A stretch of DNA of 64,000 nt. It comes from Faecalibacterium sp. CAG:74. Lineage in GTDB: Archaea; Thermoplasmatota; Thermoplasmata; Methanomassiliicoccales; Methanomethylophilaceae. The notes below the pieces were generated by a model that worked only from the letters and a program-made list of their open reading frames with translations, had not been told where the DNA came from and made no database searches. The stretch lies in contig CAVHHN010000001.1 of the NCBI GenBank assembly GCA_963635855.1, positions 1,820 to 65,819 of the forward strand, in the 5' to 3' direction. How positions within the stretch are numbered: the stretch's first letter is position 1; each line of letters opens with the position of its first letter. The position numbers and the translations under genes were made by a program. This document shows positions 46,880 to 57,567 of the stretch, in pieces.

Positions 46880-47613
46880 AATTCACTTTTGATCTTATTC
46901 AATTTTTCCGAATCCATTAATTCCGCCAACCGGACGGTACGGATCTCGCCCACATCCGGAAGCAGACGAAGGATACCATCCACATGTCCGTCACCTACGA
47001 CAGCCACGACCTGTTCATGATCGGAGCAGACCTTGGCGATCTCTTTGGCCATGTGTTCGTTGCGTTCGTCGATAAGAACACGTACCAGGGTCGGGAACTT
47101 CTTCCTCATATCCTCAATGTAAGCAGCCTGGTCTTTGGAGTAGTCCTTCTGGGTCTTTTCAACCCTGGACTTTTTGAAGATATTGTCTGCCATAGAGGAC
47201 ATCTTGTATCTGAAACGTTCTTTCCGGGGCATCTCGTTCCACATACGGATAAGTGATGCCTGACCGTCGAGATCGATACAGAACACCTGCGCGTCGACAG
47301 ACTTCGCGGCACCGATGGCGGCCACCATGTCGGCACCTGCGGACACATTGTTCTGTTTTGATACGTTCTCCTGGTATTTCGCGGTGTTGCGATAGATCGC
47401 GGGGGCATTCTTCAACCGTTCCTCTGGAGGTAGGTCCGGATCTACCCCACGCTCGCGAAGATCGTTACGTAGTGCTTCTTTGTCACCGGTGAGTGCATGG
47501 AACCTCAGGATATCGAGTTCCACACAGACCGCATCGGGCCAACTCTGACGGGTCAGGAATGATACTGCCTCGGAGATCTGAAAAACATGGCCTGTGCCGA
47601 TGATCGTAAGCAT
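46858..47613 (-). CDS. TraB/GumN-family protein
   Basis: IIGTGHV...PDAVCVELD, GADM, IDERNEHMAK and VVAVVGDGHVDGI all match the TraB family pattern. Confidence 0.75.
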   Translation of the reverse strand: MLTIIGTGHVFQISEAVSFLTRQSWPDAVCVELDILRFHALTGDKEALRNDLRERGVDPDLPPEERLKNAPAIYRNTAKYQENVSKQNNVSAGADMVAAIGAAKSVDAQVFCIDLDGQASLIRMWNEMPRKERFRYKMSSMADNIFKKSRVEKTQKDYSKDQAAYIEDMRKKFPTLVRVLIDERNEHMAKEIAKVCSDHEQVVAVVGDGHVDGILRLLPDVGEIRTVRLAELMDSEKLNKIKSEFWEAPEH

Positions 47614-47651
47614 ATGGTTCCCGTATGTCTGATTCCCTTTAAAACATGGGT

Positions 47652-48116
47652 TTAATCTTTAAACCGGGGATCGTCCGAATTGATGGGACATCCACCGATC
47701 CATGGGCCATCATAGATGATGGATCCGTCTGATGCAAAGTAACGGCCTTCTCCGTCCATCACATTATCTTTGAACTGTCCTTTATAACGGTCCCCGTTGG
47801 CGAAGTATCTGATTCCTTTTCCAGACATCACTCCGTTGGAAAAATCACCTTCGTAACGGTCCCCCGACGGCCAGGTCATGACCCCTTTCCCAGATATGGT
47901 GTCATCAAGAAAATCACCCTCGTAGATCCTGCCGTCAGCCCAGGCATAACGTCCTTTGCCACACAACTTTCCGTTGCGGAAGTCACCGATGTATACATTC
48001 CCATTGTTCCAGGCGAACATTCCATGGCCGTTCTCCGTATTGCCGTCATCGGCCACCTGCCCCCAGTAATATCCATCCGCATATTGGATTCTGACATAAT
48101 CATCAGGGATCTGCAT
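47652..48116 (-). CDS. MORN-repeat protein
   Basis: Five or more repeats of Y.G.F.ng...G.G. The start was trimmed to ATG 48116 to remove overlap with the divergent HAD gene. Confidence 0.75.
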   Translation of the reverse strand: MQIPDDYVRIQYADGYYWGQVADDGNTENGHGMFAWNNGNVYIGDFRNGKLCGKGRYAWADGRIYEGDFLDDTISGKGVMTWPSGDRYEGDFSNGVMSGKGIRYFANGDRYKGQFKDNVMDGEGRYFASDGSIIYDGPWIGGCPINSDDPRFKD

Positions 48117-48175
48117 ACAAACCGAAATCCGTGCTACTAGATAACGATATATTACCTCATCTGATTGCGTGGCCC

Positions 48176-48838
48176 ATGCCAAGCAAGTACGACCTGGCCT
48201 GTTTCGATATGGACGGCACCCTCACCAACATCAGAAGTACGTGGCAGTGGATCCACCGGTGCCTCGGGACCTCGAACGAAAAAGGATATCAGGATTTCAT
48301 CAACCAGCTGATCACTGAAGAAGAATTCATGCGCAGTGATATCTCGATCTGGAAGACCGCAAAACCAGACCTTTGTGTCCGCGACCTGATAAAAATATTC
48401 CAACAGACCCCACTGGTTGGTGGCATCCAGGAAACGGTGGCCTCCCTTCAGGACTGCGGAATGCGCTGTGTCATCGTAAGCGGAGGGATCGATATCGCTG
48501 CAGAGATGCTTGCTAACGAATTCGGATTTGATGATTTCATTGCGGATGGTCTGAAAACCGATGATGAGGGAAAACTTACCGGAGAGGGTGTCAAGGTCGT
48601 GGACCTCGCAGATAAGGGAGTCTGGGTCAGAGAGTTCATCGAACGTTATGGTACTACGCTGGAAAGGACAGTTTCGATCGGTAATTCCTTCACGGACATA
48701 CCGATGTTCAAAAACTCCGGGCTCTCGATAGCGTTCAATCCACTTGATGTGTATACCTCGGATGCCGCAACATACACAGTACGTTCCGACAATATCTCCG
48801 ATATTCTCGACCATATCATCGACGAACCGAAGAACTGA
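48176..48838 (+). CDS. HAD-superfamily hydrolase, subfamily IB (phosphoserine-phosphatase-like)
   Basis: The DMDGTLT nucleophile motif, VSGG and GNSFTDIPMF. The start was trimmed to ATG 48176. Confidence 0.75.
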   Translation: MPSKYDLACFDMDGTLTNIRSTWQWIHRCLGTSNEKGYQDFINQLITEEEFMRSDISIWKTAKPDLCVRDLIKIFQQTPLVGGIQETVASLQDCGMRCVIVSGGIDIAAEMLANEFGFDDFIADGLKTDDEGKLTGEGVKVVDLADKGVWVREFIERYGTTLERTVSIGNSFTDIPMFKNSGLSIAFNPLDVYTSDAATYTVRSDNISDILDHIIDEPKN

Positions 48839-48840
48839 TC

Positions 48841-49527
48841 TCAGTTCTCATCGAAATCCATGATCGCGTCATCGGCGAATTCGAGTTGCTCCTCGTCTGC
48901 ATCGAAGTCTTCCATTACAGCTCCAGAACCGTCACGGCGCCTGATCTTCGCATAGATGCGAACAATATCTCTGGCCTCGGCGGTTCCTTTCCTAAGGAGC
49001 TTGTCCTTGGTCTTGATAGCATGGATCACACAATCCCAAAGATCGAAATGCATGTACATTCCGACAGTATACTCATCATCCGGTTCCGCGTCACTGATCA
49101 TCGAGTAGGTCTTTTTGTAATCATTCACGGAAACTTTGATCTGAAGAATGCCGAACGCTTTGACCCAAAGTGCCTTTATCTCGGGTGCTGGAACCTTGGA
49201 CCTCCTGCTGCCATCAGGCATCTCGATGTAGGTTATCTGAACGTGACGTCCGTCGTCAAGATCGAATTCGTCACCGACCGCCAGGATCTCATTCTCGCGA
49301 AGCGTGGTCTGAGTGGTGTCTGTGACGTCACCCTCACTGAAAAGCACTTTCACAGAGAACTTTTTGGGAAGCTTGATGGTGCCAGAGAAAACACGGCCGC
49401 AGGCAGTACATTGGAATGTTCCAGATATACTGGATTTACCCTCCTTGGCACGGAGGATCCGGTGCTCGGTGACATCATCGCAATCCGGACATTCATTGTA
49501 TATGTATGCGGGTAGATCTTCTGACAT
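48841..49527 (-). CDS. Archaeal zinc-finger protein (COG1326-like)
   Basis: N-terminal CPDC-N21-CTAC zinc ribbon followed by a beta-rich domain, with an acidic C-terminus. Confidence 0.5.
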   Translation of the reverse strand: MSEDLPAYIYNECPDCDDVTEHRILRAKEGKSSISGTFQCTACGRVFSGTIKLPKKFSVKVLFSEGDVTDTTQTTLRENEILAVGDEFDLDDGRHVQITYIEMPDGSRRSKVPAPEIKALWVKAFGILQIKVSVNDYKKTYSMISDAEPDDEYTVGMYMHFDLWDCVIHAIKTKDKLLRKGTAEARDIVRIYAKIRRRDGSGAVMEDFDADEEQLEFADDAIMDFDEN

Positions 49528-49563
49528 ATTCTCACGCTTCGTTCCATTATTCTCATCGTTAAC

Positions 49564-50166
49564 TTATTTTTTGCGCACAGAGAAGGGTTTGTCGTGCCCA
49601 GGAATTATAACATCGGCATATTCGATTATCTTCTTCATACTCGCCATTGCGAGTTCGGGGTCGTAATTGGCTCTCGGTGGCACCATCTTGTAGTAATTAT
49701 TCGCCATAGGTATGGCATCCCCAGCAATAACATACTTGCGATCGGCTTCGACAAAGACGCTCATCGAACCTGGTGAGTGCCCGGGTGTATGAACCAATCT
49801 GACCCCTTTGGCAATATCCATATCGGAATCCACCCCGATCGCATCTGGCACATGGTCCAACTCTTCGGCTCTGACGTAGATCTTTGCATTCTTGAACAAA
49901 GAACAGTTCCCTGAGTGGTCGGGGTGTGCATGGGTCAGGACCACGATGTCCACGTCCTCGGGAAATATCTTTCCGATCTGTTTGAATGATGTTTTGATCC
50001 CTGCCTTCATGAAAGGCGTACTGGTATCGACGACGATATTGTGGCCGTCGTCGGTCCGTATCAAAGTAGATGAAGACCAGGTATTTTCAAGATCTACACT
50101 CATGTCCTCATTGCGTTCGATGTGACCCAACACCAATATGTCAAGGGAATTCATAGAGCATGACAC
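49564..50166 (-). CDS. MBL-fold metallo-hydrolase
   Basis: HAHPDHSGN motif, a later HTPGHSPG, and a terminal GHD. An alternative start is ATG 50154. Confidence 0.85.
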   Translation of the reverse strand: MSCSMNSLDILVLGHIERNEDMSVDLENTWSSSTLIRTDDGHNIVVDTSTPFMKAGIKTSFKQIGKIFPEDVDIVVLTHAHPDHSGNCSLFKNAKIYVRAEELDHVPDAIGVDSDMDIAKGVRLVHTPGHSPGSMSVFVEADRKYVIAGDAIPMANNYYKMVPPRANYDPELAMASMKKIIEYADVIIPGHDKPFSVRKK

Positions 50167-50789
50167 AAGAACAACTTTATAGGGATTTTGGAGAATCCCC
50201 TACTATGGAATATCGGCCAGACATCGACATAACAGAAGACCCAGATGTCTATCCCCCCTCTGATGACAGCATTCTCCTCATAGAATCGCTCTCTATCACC
50301 AAAGATGAAAAGGTGTTGGAGATCGGATGCGGTTCTGGAGTCGTCTCTATTCATTGTGCGGTGAACGGTGCTGTCGTATCGTGCGGTGACCTCAATCCAC
50401 ATGCCGTTGAACTGACCCGTAAAAATGCGTTGAAAAACGGAGTCACCCTTGAAGTGAGGGCCACGAATGTCTACTCCGGATTCCCTGAAAAATATGATAT
50501 GGTCCTCTTCAACCTCCCCTACCTGCCGGTTCAAGATGAGGGAGATCTTGCTCTCGCATGGTCCGGCGGAGATGATGGGCTGGGGCCCTTACCTGAACTG
50601 CTGACACATGCACCGGAACATCTCTTGCCCGGCGGTCGTGTGGTTGTCGTGGTATCCTCCCTAATGGACCAAAATCGTCTGCATGAAGTACTGGGAAACA
50701 ATACGGTCACGGTCCTTGGGACCCTCCCGTTATTTTTCGAACGTCTTGACGTTCTCGAGATAAAATTCAATGGCCGGAACGAAGCATGA
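50160..50789 (+). CDS. HemK-related (Mtq2-like) N5-glutamine methyltransferase
   Basis: VYPPSDDSILL, VLEIGCGSGVV, DLNPHAV, and the FNLPYLP (NPPY-type) motif. Confidence 0.8.
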   Translation: MTQEQLYRDFGESPTMEYRPDIDITEDPDVYPPSDDSILLIESLSITKDEKVLEIGCGSGVVSIHCAVNGAVVSCGDLNPHAVELTRKNALKNGVTLEVRATNVYSGFPEKYDMVLFNLPYLPVQDEGDLALAWSGGDDGLGPLPELLTHAPEHLLPGGRVVVVVSSLMDQNRLHEVLGNNTVTVLGTLPLFFERLDVLEIKFNGRNEA

Positions 50790-50816
50790 CCCCGTCCGGC
50801 CAGTGATCTTGAAAGA

Positions 50817-52691
50817 TCAGGAAAGTAGTTTCTTGATGGCTGCAGTAAGCAATTCATTCGCCTGCTTGCCGTCGATCTTTCCTCTGAGGGCGCCCATGAC
50901 AGGGCCCATGAGTCCACCGATCGCGGCCATTCCTTTTGAACGAACGAAATCTGCGCGTTCAGCTACGATCTTCTCAATGATCGCAGCAGCCTCATCGACA
51001 CCAACTGCTGAGACACCAAGCTTCTTTACAGCCGAATCGAGGTCCGATCCACCGGCGATCTCCTTCAGGATCGCTGGGATGGCTTCCTTGGCATATTTGT
51101 TGGCTTTGAGTCCGGAGAACACCTGATATAGGTCGTCATAAGAGAACAGATCGGTGTCCACGCCTTCATGTTCCAACTCCTGGAAAGTGTTCTGGAAGGT
51201 AGTGGCGGCTACTGCAGCAAGGCCGAATTCGTCCGAAATACTGCTGAACACATCATCACGTCCGTGTTTGACGATAAGATGGGCCTGCTGTGCGTTGATA
51301 CCATATTTACTGACCAATCTAGCCTCGACCTGCTCGGGGAACTCTGGTAGATTGGATTTGATACGTCCGAGTCTTGCGGCCGTGATCGTGGTCGGCGGCA
51401 CATCTGTCTCAGGATACATCCTTGCGGCACCGGGCAATGGTCTCGAATATCTGGTGGTTCCATCAGGCAGAGGGTCACGGGTTTCTTCCGGAACACCATC
51501 GATGGCCATGTTCGCCCTTCCAACAGCAAGAGTGAGCGCATCGGTGGCCTTTTTCTGGGATGCTGCACAGATAACAAAACCATCCAGATCCCCGGTCATT
51601 CCGAGTTTCTCGCGGAGCGCATCGACGTATGGTTGTTCGATACCGTAATTGGGTAGCTCATCGGAATGGAAGATACCTTTGACCCCGACCGTACGAGCAT
51701 ACTGTGCCATTTCAGCACCCAATCTCAGGGTCTTGTTATCCCCGTTCATGACCCCGGCAAAACCAGGTAGTCTGACAGCAAGTACCTTTCCGTTGGCTTT
51801 GAGGGCAGTGGATATCACCTTGGACTCACAGTCAGCGAACAATGCAGTAACATCCTCGATCTTGATCTCGACAGGCTTGGTACCCCGTTCTGCGAGGATC
51901 TTCTTCACACGGACAAGGTTCTGTTGTCTCTTGACCTCATTGGCAACGAAATCGGGGAGAAGCCTGAGCTCCTGAACCCCTTTGATCTCGATGCGTGCCC
52001 CTTCCGGAATAGAGATGTTCAGATCCTCACGGATGGTACCCAATCCTCTTTTGACCCTCTTGGTGGCCCTGAGCAATGCTCCGATACGGGAAGCGACCTC
52101 GTAAACCTCCTCCGGTGTCCTCATATCGGGGGCGGTGGCCACCTCGATAAGGGGAATACCCAGACGGTCGGTCCTCCAGGTGACGGTGTCGACGGAGGTC
52201 TCGATCTTACGACAGGCATCCTCTTCCAAACAGACCGAGAGGATACCCACCTTCCTTCCGATGGCGGCAACATCTATCGAACCGTCCACAGCAACAAGAG
52301 AGGTACGTTGGAATCCGGAGGTGTTGGACCCATCGACAACGATCTTCCTCATGAACTGGACCTCATCGATGACCTGGGCCTTCACTAGCTCGGAGAAGAT
52401 CAAGGTCGTCTCCAAAGCATCGGCATTCACTTCGTGAGGTGGTTCTTCATCCAATTCCACCAAACAGGTCTCGCATTTACAACTCTGATACCTGAATCCG
52501 TACCCTCTCATGAACTGTGCCAGAGCGGCGCGGTCCACCTCCCCCATCTCGGAAGTTGTGGGCCTCAAACGCCTGTAAATGCCGCCGAACCCTTCTTCGG
52601 AGAGTTCACTACGACAGTCACAGAACAATTTGTGGGTATCAAGCTGCTGGTGGATCTCGATACCACACATCATCTCGGGTTGATCGGTCAT
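50817..52691 (-). CDS. gatE: Glu-tRNA(Gln) amidotransferase subunit E
   Basis: MCGIEIHQQLDT...LFCDC N-terminus; 624 aa; ATGA-type overlap with gatD. Confidence 0.93.
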   Translation of the reverse strand: MTDQPEMMCGIEIHQQLDTHKLFCDCRSELSEEGFGGIYRRLRPTTSEMGEVDRAALAQFMRGYGFRYQSCKCETCLVELDEEPPHEVNADALETTLIFSELVKAQVIDEVQFMRKIVVDGSNTSGFQRTSLVAVDGSIDVAAIGRKVGILSVCLEEDACRKIETSVDTVTWRTDRLGIPLIEVATAPDMRTPEEVYEVASRIGALLRATKRVKRGLGTIREDLNISIPEGARIEIKGVQELRLLPDFVANEVKRQQNLVRVKKILAERGTKPVEIKIEDVTALFADCESKVISTALKANGKVLAVRLPGFAGVMNGDNKTLRLGAEMAQYARTVGVKGIFHSDELPNYGIEQPYVDALREKLGMTGDLDGFVICAASQKKATDALTLAVGRANMAIDGVPEETRDPLPDGTTRYSRPLPGAARMYPETDVPPTTITAARLGRIKSNLPEFPEQVEARLVSKYGINAQQAHLIVKHGRDDVFSSISDEFGLAAVAATTFQNTFQELEHEGVDTDLFSYDDLYQVFSGLKANKYAKEAIPAILKEIAGGSDLDSAVKKLGVSAVGVDEAAAIIEKIVAERADFVRSKGMAAIGGLMGPVMGALRGKIDGKQANELLTAAIKKLLS

Positions 52692-53983
52692 AATAATTCC
52701 CTCCTGTCGCTCATTTCACCGGCAAGATCGGTCTTCATGACCTCCTTGGCGGCTTCGACCGAGTTGGTATTGGCCAGAGCCCACATAAGTTTCACATAGG
52801 CGGTCTCCGGAAGCATGTCCTTGACAGTGATGATACCTGCGTTCAGCATATCCCTTCCAGTGTTGTAAACATTGAGATTCGTCCTTCCGTTAAGGCATTG
52901 GGACGTGGCAACGACGACGGTGCCAGATCCAACAGCTTCACGGATCAACGGGACAATATTGGAATTGACATGTCCAAGACCGGAACCGGCAATGACAACC
53001 CCTTTGCTTTTCATGAACACGTCACGGAAAAGCTCAGGGTCCATTCCGGGATAGAATTGAAGTAAAACCACCTGCTGGCACAGATCGGATGCAACCTCGA
53101 CCGGTGCGTTTCCGACAGGCCTTCCATCGGTGTTGAATGTTATTTTTCCAGCTGCATCGATGGTGGCAACAGGAGGCACATTGATGCTCTTGAAAGCATC
53201 TCTACGGGAGGTGTGCATCTTCCTCACTCTGGTACCACAATGAACAGCGAACGAATCATCACCGGAACCATCATGCATGACCACGAAAACCCCGGCCCGG
53301 TTTCCGTTGACACAGAAACGAGCCGCGGCCATGAGATTACTGCTTGCATCGGAAGATGGTCTGTCCGAGGACCTCTGGGCTCCTACGAACACAACAGGTT
53401 TCTGAACATCTCCGAGCATGAAAGATATTGCAGCGGCAGTATATCCCATGGTGTCGGTACCGTGTGGAATGATGACCGCATCGGCACCAGAGTTCAATTC
53501 GGATGCGATGGCCTCGGCGAGCTTCTGCCAGTGAGAAGAGGTCATGTTCTCCGAGAATATCGAAAAAAGAACATTCGCCTTGAGGTTGGCGATCTCCTTG
53601 ATCTCCGGGACCGCATTGATCATATCGGAAGTGGAAAGTGCAGGGTGCACAGCACCGGTACGATAGTCCACGTAAGAAGCGATCGTACCACCGGTTCCGA
53701 TCAAAACAATCGTTTTCAGACCCTCTTTCGGGCCTTCGTGTGCTTCGGGTTTGATCCTCTCCAAAGGCCTTGACTCTACGGAGATCGTGGAATTCTCATC
53801 AAGTCTGATACCGACATTGTATCCACTTTTGACCTTGAGGATAAGGATGTCTTTACCGCTGAACTCGTGATGGGGCATCAGAACGCCTCTGTATTCCTTC
53901 TCCCCTACACTGACGTTCAGCATACAGCCCTCTTTGGCGTCGGCCTCGGCCAACTTCTTGGACAGGAACTCTGCATAGCTCAT
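52688..53983 (-). CDS. gatD: Glu-tRNA(Gln) amidotransferase subunit D
   Basis: Asparaginase-like GTGGTIAS and HGTDTM motifs, preceded by the GatD N-terminal domain. Confidence 0.93.
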   Translation of the reverse strand: MSYAEFLSKKLAEADAKEGCMLNVSVGEKEYRGVLMPHHEFSGKDILILKVKSGYNVGIRLDENSTISVESRPLERIKPEAHEGPKEGLKTIVLIGTGGTIASYVDYRTGAVHPALSTSDMINAVPEIKEIANLKANVLFSIFSENMTSSHWQKLAEAIASELNSGADAVIIPHGTDTMGYTAAAISFMLGDVQKPVVFVGAQRSSDRPSSDASSNLMAAARFCVNGNRAGVFVVMHDGSGDDSFAVHCGTRVRKMHTSRRDAFKSINVPPVATIDAAGKITFNTDGRPVGNAPVEVASDLCQQVVLLQFYPGMDPELFRDVFMKSKGVVIAGSGLGHVNSNIVPLIREAVGSGTVVVATSQCLNGRTNLNVYNTGRDMLNAGIITVKDMLPETAYVKLMWALANTNSVEAAKEVMKTDLAGEMSDRRELL

Positions 53984-54132
53984 AATGGCCCAGACTATGC
54001 TGATTATGACTTTAAACTAATCGAGGAACGATTCCGGCTGCAATCATCGAAAAATCTACAATGGCATACCGGGTGTGCATGCTAATAGCACGCGTGCATA
54101 TACTTATAGGAGGGCTACAGTACCCCAATTAT

Positions 54133-54783
54133 ATGCACATCATCCAAGCCGGAATGGAGTTCGACGTACTCAGAGCGAACAACAAGGTCGCTCACGAAAA
54201 CTACCACCGGTTCAAAGAACACGGGATAAAAACAGTGGACTTCATGGGGTCCATCGGCGCCGGAAAGACCACACTCATCATAGAGATCGGGAAAAAACTG
54301 GTCGATAAGGGAAAAAGGGTCTGTGTTATCGCCGGCGATGTGACCGGCGATGATGATTTCAAAAGATTCAAAGAGGCGGGACTTGATGCAGTCAACTGCA
54401 ACACCGGAAAAGAATGCCACCTCGATGCGAACCTCGTGAAAAAGGCCCTTGATTCAATGGATCTCGGAAAATATGATGTGGTGATCATCGAGAACGTCGG
54501 CAACCTTGTCTGTCCTGCGGATTTCCCGTTGGGAACCGACTATCGTGCGGTCGTCATATCGACCACCGAGGGCGATGATATGGTGAGGAAGCACCATGCG
54601 ATCTTCCAACATTCCGACATTGCCATACTGAACAAGATTGACATTGCCGATGCGGTCGGTGTGGACCCCTCAGTCATCATCAATGACTATGAGAAACTGA
54701 CCGGTGGACTGAAGAAGATATATACCTGCAGTGCCAAAAAGAATGATGGAATAGAAGAGATAATTGCCGCGTTCGGCTTTTGA
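54133..54783 (+). CDS. hypB: Hydrogenase nickel-incorporation GTPase HypB
   Basis: P-loop GSIGAGKTT and ENVGNLVCPA. The start was trimmed to ATG 54133 (MHIIQAG...). Confidence 0.88.
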   Translation: MHIIQAGMEFDVLRANNKVAHENYHRFKEHGIKTVDFMGSIGAGKTTLIIEIGKKLVDKGKRVCVIAGDVTGDDDFKRFKEAGLDAVNCNTGKECHLDANLVKKALDSMDLGKYDVVIIENVGNLVCPADFPLGTDYRAVVISTTEGDDMVRKHHAIFQHSDIAILNKIDIADAVGVDPSVIINDYEKLTGGLKKIYTCSAKKNDGIEEIIAAFGF

Positions 54784-54792
54784 GGAGATAAT

Positions 54793-56118
54793 ATGAAAAT
54801 ACTTACTATCGGTGGCGGCGCCAGAGAACACGCCGTCGTTGAAGCATTGGCCCGCTGTCCGGGCGTTGAGATCTACGCTGTAATGAAGAACGTCAACCCC
54901 GGCATCAAAGCGAAGGCAGTGGATGTACGTTATTGCAAAGAAGATGATATCGATAACATCTGTGATTTCGCGATCAACAATTTTGTAGAGTATGCATTCG
55001 TTGGTCCCGAAGCCCCCCTGTCCTCAGGTATTGTTGATGCATTGGAACACATCGGCGTTAAATGCGCCTCCCCCTCAAAAGACGCATCCAGGATCGAGAC
55101 CTCAAAGACATTCATGAGGAATCTGGTCGAGAAATACGGCATCGAAGGAAATCTCAAATACAACAGTTTTGACACCGCTGAAGAGGCGATCGCATTCGTC
55201 AAGACCGTTCCTTACAAAGTCGCCATCAAACCTGTCGGTCTGACCGGCGGAAAAGGGGTCAAGGTCCAAGGAGACCAGCTGAACTCTCTCGAAGAGACCA
55301 TTGAGTACATAAACGAGATCTTCAACGATGACATCGGTGGAGGAAAGGTCATCATCGAGGAGAAGGCCGAAGGCGAAGAATTCACCCAGATGGTCTTCAC
55401 GAACGGTGAGATCATCTTCCCTATGCCCCTGGTCCAAGACCATAAGAGGGCTTACGAGGGAGATACCGGACCCAACACTGGTGGAATGGGATCGTACAGT
55501 GATGCAAACCACTTGTTACCGTTCGTCACTGAAGAAGAACGTCAAAAAGCGATTGACATAGTAAAGGCGATCATTGTTGCATTGGCCAAAGAAGGGTGCC
55601 CGTACAAGGGGCCGATGTACGGCCAGTTCATGCTTACAAAGGATGGTCCCAAGATCATCGAGATCAATGCCAGATTCGGTGACCCAGAAGCAATGAACGT
55701 TCTGACCATCTTATCTTCGGATTTCAGCGAGATCATCAAATGGATGGCCGGCGGAAAGATGAAAGACGGTGTGACATTCTATAACAAAGCCACCGTCTGC
55801 AAATATGTAGTTCCTCGTGGATACGGTGTCGCACCAGAACCCGGACATACTATTTCCATAAACATTGAGAGCATCAACAATGCTGGTGCTGTGGCATACT
55901 TCGGTAGCGTGGATATGAATGAAGGCAAACTTATCACCGGAACCTCCAGGTCCATCGGGGTTGTCGGCATCGGTGACACTATCGCAGAAGCTGAAGCACA
56001 CTGTGAAAAAGGACTCACATTCATCAATTGTGATGCAATAGAGGTCCGTCACGACATTGGTACTGCAGAACTGATCCAGAAAAGGATCGACCACATGAGA
56101 TCGATCCGCGGACAATGA
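54793..56118 (+). CDS. purD: Phosphoribosylamine-glycine ligase
   Basis: MKILTIGGGAREHA N-terminus and an ATP-grasp layout; 441 aa. Confidence 0.93.
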   Translation: MKILTIGGGAREHAVVEALARCPGVEIYAVMKNVNPGIKAKAVDVRYCKEDDIDNICDFAINNFVEYAFVGPEAPLSSGIVDALEHIGVKCASPSKDASRIETSKTFMRNLVEKYGIEGNLKYNSFDTAEEAIAFVKTVPYKVAIKPVGLTGGKGVKVQGDQLNSLEETIEYINEIFNDDIGGGKVIIEEKAEGEEFTQMVFTNGEIIFPMPLVQDHKRAYEGDTGPNTGGMGSYSDANHLLPFVTEEERQKAIDIVKAIIVALAKEGCPYKGPMYGQFMLTKDGPKIIEINARFGDPEAMNVLTILSSDFSEIIKWMAGGKMKDGVTFYNKATVCKYVVPRGYGVAPEPGHTISINIESINNAGAVAYFGSVDMNEGKLITGTSRSIGVVGIGDTIAEAEAHCEKGLTFINCDAIEVRHDIGTAELIQKRIDHMRSIRGQ

Positions 56119-56903
56119 GGCGCGTAGCAGTCAAAATAGCATATCTGGGAGACGAATTCAACGGATCCCAGATACAACCTGCCGAAACCAATCTCCGCAC
56201 CGTTGCAGGGGAGATCTTGGGAAATCTTACGCTGGTGGACCACGTTCCCCCAGAAGAGATCGACCTGAAATTTGCCAGTCGCACAGATGCTGGTGTTAGC
56301 GCACTTGGCAATGTCATCACATTTTACACCGAATTCAAGGACCTAGGTCTTTTGCTTAGAGCTACTAGCTCGATATCCCATGGAGTATATTACAAAAGTG
56401 TGGCGGAGATTGATGATGTGTTCAATCCCCGCATAGCCTGGAAAAGATACTATCGTTATACAACTCCTGACCACGGCATTGATATTGAAAGTTTTACAAA
56501 AGCTGCCAAACTCTTCGAAGGACATCATGATTTCAAACGTTTTGCAAAGAACGAAACAGGCAGATCAACAGTGATGTCGATAGAAAGTATTGAAGTCAAA
56601 CATGTTGATGGGCTCATTGTTACCGACTTCTGTGCAGACTATTTCCTTTGGAATCAGATCAGACGCATTATGGCTGCAGTGATTCAAGTTGGCAAAGGGA
56701 TGTCCACCTTGGATGATGTAAAAGCCAAACTCGCTGGAGAAGAGGGCACATTCGGTATTGCAAAACCTGATGGACTTACACTTTTAGATGTTACATACAC
56801 GGACCTTGAGTTCCAAACCCCGCCTTATTGCCCCTATGAAAAACGTCTCAGACAGGACCTTTATCTAGATTCTCTCAGACAAATGTTCCATAAATCCTTG
56901 TAA
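56115..56903 (+). CDS. truA: tRNA pseudouridine synthase A
   Basis: The catalytic motif SRTDAGVSA. ATGA overlap with purD. Confidence 0.88.
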   Translation: MRRVAVKIAYLGDEFNGSQIQPAETNLRTVAGEILGNLTLVDHVPPEEIDLKFASRTDAGVSALGNVITFYTEFKDLGLLLRATSSISHGVYYKSVAEIDDVFNPRIAWKRYYRYTTPDHGIDIESFTKAAKLFEGHHDFKRFAKNETGRSTVMSIESIEVKHVDGLIVTDFCADYFLWNQIRRIMAAVIQVGKGMSTLDDVKAKLAGEEGTFGIAKPDGLTLLDVTYTDLEFQTPPYCPYEKRLRQDLYLDSLRQMFHKSL

Positions 56904-56914
56904 TCGTATAGATA

Positions 56915-57502
56915 TTGGAGCATATGCAATTACAAGAACTCCTGACTGAGGTCAACAATGCCCTATCTGAAGAGGAAAAGGCTGCAGAACTTGCATTTGA
57001 ATCCTCACGCAAAATCATCCGTAAGACCAAGACCGCGATACATGGGATCCATGTAGGGGCAAGAGACCCAGAACTTATCGATGAGATCTCAAGTGATCTT
57101 GCAGGACTGGTCTCATCTCTGAGGGGACATCCGGGACTGATCTTCGGAACCGATGTCCAGGGTGCAATGTCCGAGTTCGCTGAGACGGTCATATATGATC
57201 GGGTTCTTGATGGGAAAGAGATTCCTACTTATGATGATCTGGAAATAACACCTGCTGCATGGCTTCTAGGTCTTGCGGACAGCATCGGAGAATTAAGAAG
57301 AGATATGCTCACGGCCCTAATCAAAGATGATCTTGACAAGGCAACGATGATATTCGGATCTATAGAGATACTTACCGATGCATTGATGGAGTTCGACATC
57401 AAGGATACAGTAGTCCCTATCCGGAGAAAACAAGACATCGCGCGGGGGATCCTTGATCGTTCCAGATCGGATCTTGCCACAGCAAAGATTATGAAAAGAT
57501 AA
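56915..57502 (+). CDS. Translin-family protein
   Basis: 195 aa and all-helical. LGLADSIGELRR matches the archaeal translin-like (COG2178) signature. Confidence 0.7.
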   Translation: MEHMQLQELLTEVNNALSEEEKAAELAFESSRKIIRKTKTAIHGIHVGARDPELIDEISSDLAGLVSSLRGHPGLIFGTDVQGAMSEFAETVIYDRVLDGKEIPTYDDLEITPAAWLLGLADSIGELRRDMLTALIKDDLDKATMIFGSIEILTDALMEFDIKDTVVPIRRKQDIARGILDRSRSDLATAKIMKR

Positions 57503-57514
57503 GTTAAGAAAAAA

Positions 57515-57537
57515 CCTGGTGATCAGAAGACACCAGG
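57515..57537. terminator. Hairpin between convergent genes
   Basis: CCTGGTG-N9-CACCAGG, followed by a second GGGG...CCCC(C) hairpin and TGGTTTTT. Confidence 0.4.
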
Positions 57538-57567
57538 GTCGGGGACTTATGCCACCCCCATGGTTTT

